Positions 60,431-64,000 of a stretch of 64,000 bases of DNA are shown one piece after another. The DNA comes from a virus. Lineage: Duplodnaviria > Caudoviricetes. The DNA is taken from positions 41,696-105,695 of IMG/VR virus record IMGVR_UViG_3300031992_000042. One strand, 5' to 3'. The notes below the pieces were generated by a model, which saw nothing but the letters and a program-made list of their open reading frames with translations, did not search any database and was not told the origin of the DNA. Numbering within the stretch: the first letter of the stretch is position 1; each line of letters opens with the position of its first letter. The position numbers and the translations under genes were made by a program.

Positions 60431-60634
60431 AGGTCCACACCGTCTATGGACGGCACATAACAAATGTGGTATGCAAGCCGATGCGTCGGTAAAAAGATAA
60501 CACTCAAAATTAAGACTGTGGCTTGTCCTGCAGGTATAAAGTTGCAGTAGCTTACGACATCACGTTGCATAAGAGTGTTTGGTTCGAGCCTTTTGCGGAT
60601 GATTCGTGAGCATTTATTATGTATCCAGCGGACC
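60431..60634 (+). ncRNA. Candidate structured ncRNA
   Basis: GGTCC..GGACC closing stem, internal hairpins, no plausible plus-strand ORF. Confidence 0.35.
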
Positions 60635-60690
60635 ACGTAGTCAGGTTCGGGTATTCACCCAACTGGTAGGGCTACACGCTTCAGGATATA

Positions 60691-60847
60691 TATGCGGTGG
60701 CGGAATAGGTAGACGCTCATACAGCTAAGAGACAGGACACCAGGGAAGGACTGGCATCGACAATAACGAGTCGAAGAAGACAACGGTCGAGACGGCTGTG
60801 TAAAATATTAATCCTGTTATGTAAGGTGACAAATCCTTACCCGCATA
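60691..60847 (+). ncRNA. tRNA-like RNA with ~95-nt insert replacing the anticodon arm
   Basis: TATGCGG/CCGCATA acceptor, Leu-type D arm GGCGGAATAGGTAGACGC, GTAAGG-..-CCTTAC T-like arm. Confidence 0.5.
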
Positions 60848-60870
60848 TTTTTATTATTTAAATTGGAGTG

Positions 60871-63800
60871 ATGCCATTGCTTGAATATGAACCATATCAT
60901 GTACATTCATCGTATAGCAATTGTTTAACCCAACCTGACTCAACTGAATCTATAGAAGACTATGCTAAAGTTTATAGAGATCGTGGGCATCATGTTCTTT
61001 GTATTTCTGAACATGGCAATAGGTCTAATGTTTGGCAGCAATTTGAATTAGCAAACAAATATTCGGATGAAAATTTCAAAATGACTCCTTTAGCTGCAGC
61101 TGAAACATACTTTGTCGAAGATCGTACAGTTAAAGATCATCGCGGCTATCACCTTATCTTGATAGCAAAGAACATGAATGGGTTCTACCAGTTAAATGAA
61201 ATATTATCCGAAGCAAATTTAACAGGGTTTTACTACCATGCTAGAGTTGACTTTGAATTACTCAGACGCCTTAATTACAAAGACTTTATTTGTACGACTG
61301 CATGTGTAGCAGGAGTAGACAAAGAAGAACTGGTAGCCCAGTTGCACAATATATTTAGAGACAATTTCTACCTTGAAGTACAAGGACATCCACAAAATAT
61401 TCAGAAAGAACGAAATAAGTGGATGGTAGAATTATCTAAGAAATATAGATTGCCGCTGATATATGCAACAGACAGTCATTATATTTATAAAGAAGAAAAA
61501 GAGTTAAGAAGAGAACTTCTGCTTGCATCAAAGATAAATTATGGCGATGAAGATGAATTTATTCTTTACTTACCAACAGCAGAAGAAGCGTATCAGGATC
61601 TTAAAAATCAAGGTGTTTTAAACAGAGCGCAGATTCAAGAAGCAATGGAGAATACTTTGATCTTAAGAGAGTTTGAAGGCGTGCATTTTACAAATGAAAA
61701 AAAGATACCTAATCCATATCCTGATATGTCCTTGGACAAAAGAAATTATTTATATAAAAAAACTGTTTGCGATGAGTATATTAGAAAAGCTGGAATGCCG
61801 TCAAAAGAAGAAGCAGCAGAAATCCATGCAGAAATGGACACAATGACAAGTACAGGTACTGCTGATTATCCGCTTATTATGAAAAAGGTTATAGACAAAG
61901 GTATAGAATATGGCGGAGTATTAACAAAAACAGGAAGAGGTTCCGGTGCATCATTTGTTTCTAATTATGCAATGGGATTCTCTTCTATTAACAGGCTTAA
62001 AGTTCCTGTTAAGATGTATCCTGAAAGGTTTATTTCAGCAGACAGATTGGCAAATGGATTACCCGATTTGGATTGCAATATGGCAAACGTACCAGCATTT
62101 GAAAAAGCAGGCAAAGAAATACTCGGTGAATATGGATGTTTGCCAATGATTGCTTATGGTACAGCTAAAACATTATCAGCTTTTAAACTTCTGGCTCGAG
62201 CAAGAGAATTAGATTTTGAAACTGCAAACGAAGTTGCAAAACAAATTCAAAACTATGAGCTTGATGTCAAACATGCAAGAGAAAATAATGCAGACGATCC
62301 AGAATATGATGTTGATGATGATATTAAGATCGAATCATATATCGAAGAAAAATATTTAGGATTAATCGAAGAGTCGAAAAAGTACAAAGGTATTATAACA
62401 TCATTAAGTCCACATCCATGTGCTCACATTTTATCAGACAAAGACTTGCGTAGTGAAATAGGCATTATAAGAGTTAAGTCTAAATCTGGCACAAAGGATG
62501 CAGTATATGCTGCTTATATAGATGGTAAAACAGCAGACAGTTATAATTATTTGAAAGCAGACTTCTTGCGAGTCGATGTTGTCAAAATTATAGCAGACAC
62601 GTTTGCCTTAGCGGGACTTCCGGTTATGTCTGTTGACGAGCTTCTCGAAGCAGTTAAAGACGATAAAGAAGTTTGGGACTTATACGCTAACAGATTTACG
62701 ATGGGCTTAAATCAAGTTGAACGCGATAAATCATCTGAAAGGTGCAGTATATATAAGCCAAAGAATGTTGCAGAATTAGCTGCGTTCATAGCTGGTATCA
62801 GACCGGGCTTTGCAAGCATGTTAAGCACGTTTATTAATCGGCAAAAGTTTTCTTACAACATACCTTCTCTGGATAATCTGTTGGCTACAAAAGAAATACC
62901 TGATTCATTTTTATTGTATGACGAACAAATACTTCGTATTCTTAAAGCAGCTGGCATACCTGGTGCTGACGCTTATGCATGCACAAAAGCCATTAAAAAG
63001 AAGAAAGCAGATAAAGTAGCTTCGTTTAAAGAAAGATTCAAAGAAGGTTTTACGAAAGTACTGCAAGAAAAAGAAGGCGCAACAGAGGAAAAAGCACATA
63101 AGACTGTAGAACAGATATGGCGTATTATTGAAGATGCTGCAAATTATATGTTTTGTGCAGCCCATGCGTTTTCAATGGCTTGTGACAGTCTATATGCAGC
63201 ATGGCTGAAAGTACATTACCCGTATGAACTGTATGTTACGATGCTTAAACTGTACGATGAAAAGAAGAATACAGATAAAATATCCGCCATTATTGCAGAA
63301 ATGAAACGTTATAAGAATATAAGTCTAACAGCTGGAAGATTTGGACAAGATAATAGAGACTGGCTTGTAGATAAAGAACATGGCACAATTTCTCAGTCGT
63401 TATCCTCTATTCGGTATATGTCTAAAAAAGCAGCAAAAGACTTATATGAATTAGGACAAAAAGAATTTGAAACATTTACGGATATACTTCGTGAACTGCA
63501 AATGAATACTTGTTTGGATACTAGACAAATAGCAATACTCATAGAGTTAAACTATTTTGAACAATTTGGTAAGTCTGGCAAATTAATGAATGTTTACGAA
63601 GAATTTTTCAACGGTACAAATAAGCTCACTAAAACTGTCAAGTCTTATGAGAGACGACTGCAAGCCTGCCGTGAGTTTGAAGCAGAGTTAAACGATAAAG
63701 AACTATTTATAGGCAGAAGATTAGCTTCTGAGTTAAACAACGTTGGCTTGTGTTTATCTAGCGATAGAACAAAACCAAATAATATTTATTTTGTAACAGA

Positions 63801-64000
63801 AGTTGATGTCAAATATGGAATTAAAGCTAAGTTCTATTCTATACAACGCGGAACAATAGGCTTAGTAAGAATTTCAAAAGGAGACTTTGCAAAAAAACCT
63901 TTTGAAGTTAATGACTGTGTGAAACTAATAAATTACAATAAAAGCCCACGATACTCCTATCGTGGCGGAGAGAAAGTCGCATTACCTGGAGAGATGGATA
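60871..64000 (+). CDS. dnaE: DNA polymerase III alpha (family C), partial
   Basis: PHP HVHSSYS, ISEHG, GRGSG, PDLD, SPHPC, KADFL, FCAAHA; runs off window end. Confidence 0.9.
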   Translation, partial: MPLLEYEPYHVHSSYSNCLTQPDSTESIEDYAKVYRDRGHHVLCISEHGNRSNVWQQFELANKYSDENFKMTPLAAAETYFVEDRTVKDHRGYHLILIAKNMNGFYQLNEILSEANLTGFYYHARVDFELLRRLNYKDFICTTACVAGVDKEELVAQLHNIFRDNFYLEVQGHPQNIQKERNKWMVELSKKYRLPLIYATDSHYIYKEEKELRRELLLASKINYGDEDEFILYLPTAEEAYQDLKNQGVLNRAQIQEAMENTLILREFEGVHFTNEKKIPNPYPDMSLDKRNYLYKKTVCDEYIRKAGMPSKEEAAEIHAEMDTMTSTGTADYPLIMKKVIDKGIEYGGVLTKTGRGSGASFVSNYAMGFSSINRLKVPVKMYPERFISADRLANGLPDLDCNMANVPAFEKAGKEILGEYGCLPMIAYGTAKTLSAFKLLARARELDFETANEVAKQIQNYELDVKHARENNADDPEYDVDDDIKIESYIEEKYLGLIEESKKYKGIITSLSPHPCAHILSDKDLRSEIGIIRVKSKSGTKDAVYAAYIDGKTADSYNYLKADFLRVDVVKIIADTFALAGLPVMSVDELLEAVKDDKEVWDLYANRFTMGLNQVERDKSSERCSIYKPKNVAELAAFIAGIRPGFASMLSTFINRQKFSYNIPSLDNLLATKEIPDSFLLYDEQILRILKAAGIPGADAYACTKAIKKKKADKVASFKERFKEGFTKVLQEKEGATEEKAHKTVEQIWRIIEDAANYMFCAAHAFSMACDSLYAAWLKVHYPYELYVTMLKLYDEKKNTDKISAIIAEMKRYKNISLTAGRFGQDNRDWLVDKEHGTISQSLSSIRYMSKKAAKDLYELGQKEFETFTDILRELQMNTCLDTRQIAILIELNYFEQFGKSGKLMNVYEEFFNGTNKLTKTVKSYERRLQACREFEAELNDKELFIGRRLASELNNVGLCLSSDRTKPNNIYFVTEVDVKYGIKAKFYSIQRGTIGLVRISKGDFAKKPFEVNDCVKLINYNKSPRYSYRGGEKVALPGEMD

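Overview
64 kb of a large tailed (siphovirus-like) dsDNA phage, probably infecting a Firmicutes/Clostridia host (strong AAGGAGG RBSs, SPbeta YonO-like polymerases). No integrase is seen in the window. Minus strand 1-20.8 kb: morphogenesis genes (terminase, portal, protease/scaffold, capsid, neck, intron-split tail tube, frameshifted tail chaperones, and a giant tape-measure ORF missing from the supplied ORF track because it runs off the window). Plus strand 21.2-64 kb: early, middle and replication genes, including two YonO/RdRP-like single-subunit RNA polymerases, RNase H, two SSBs, a macrodomain, NADAR-SLOG, a tRNA/ncRNA cluster, a Rad52-like annealase, an intron-split primase-helicase and DnaE. 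Main discoveries: (1) a third YonO/RdRP-like RNA polymerase domain (DG..QFR..KG, RSP, DYDAD) in the N-terminal part of the tape-measure ORF, suggesting an injected virion RNAP; (2) a stand-alone Cas7/RAMP-like gene plus accessory gene followed by an array of 14 GGCAGTC anchors with a 5-nt internal period (VIPR-like guide array); (3) a Ubl-E2-JAB-E1 ubiquitin-like operon followed by two tandem ~267-nt structured repeat units and a retron-like reverse transcriptase; (4) about ten small proteins sharing a C-terminal acidic-amphipathic tag; (5) three group I introns and several candidate phage promoter motif families. All calls are from motif reading by eye; no database searches were run.
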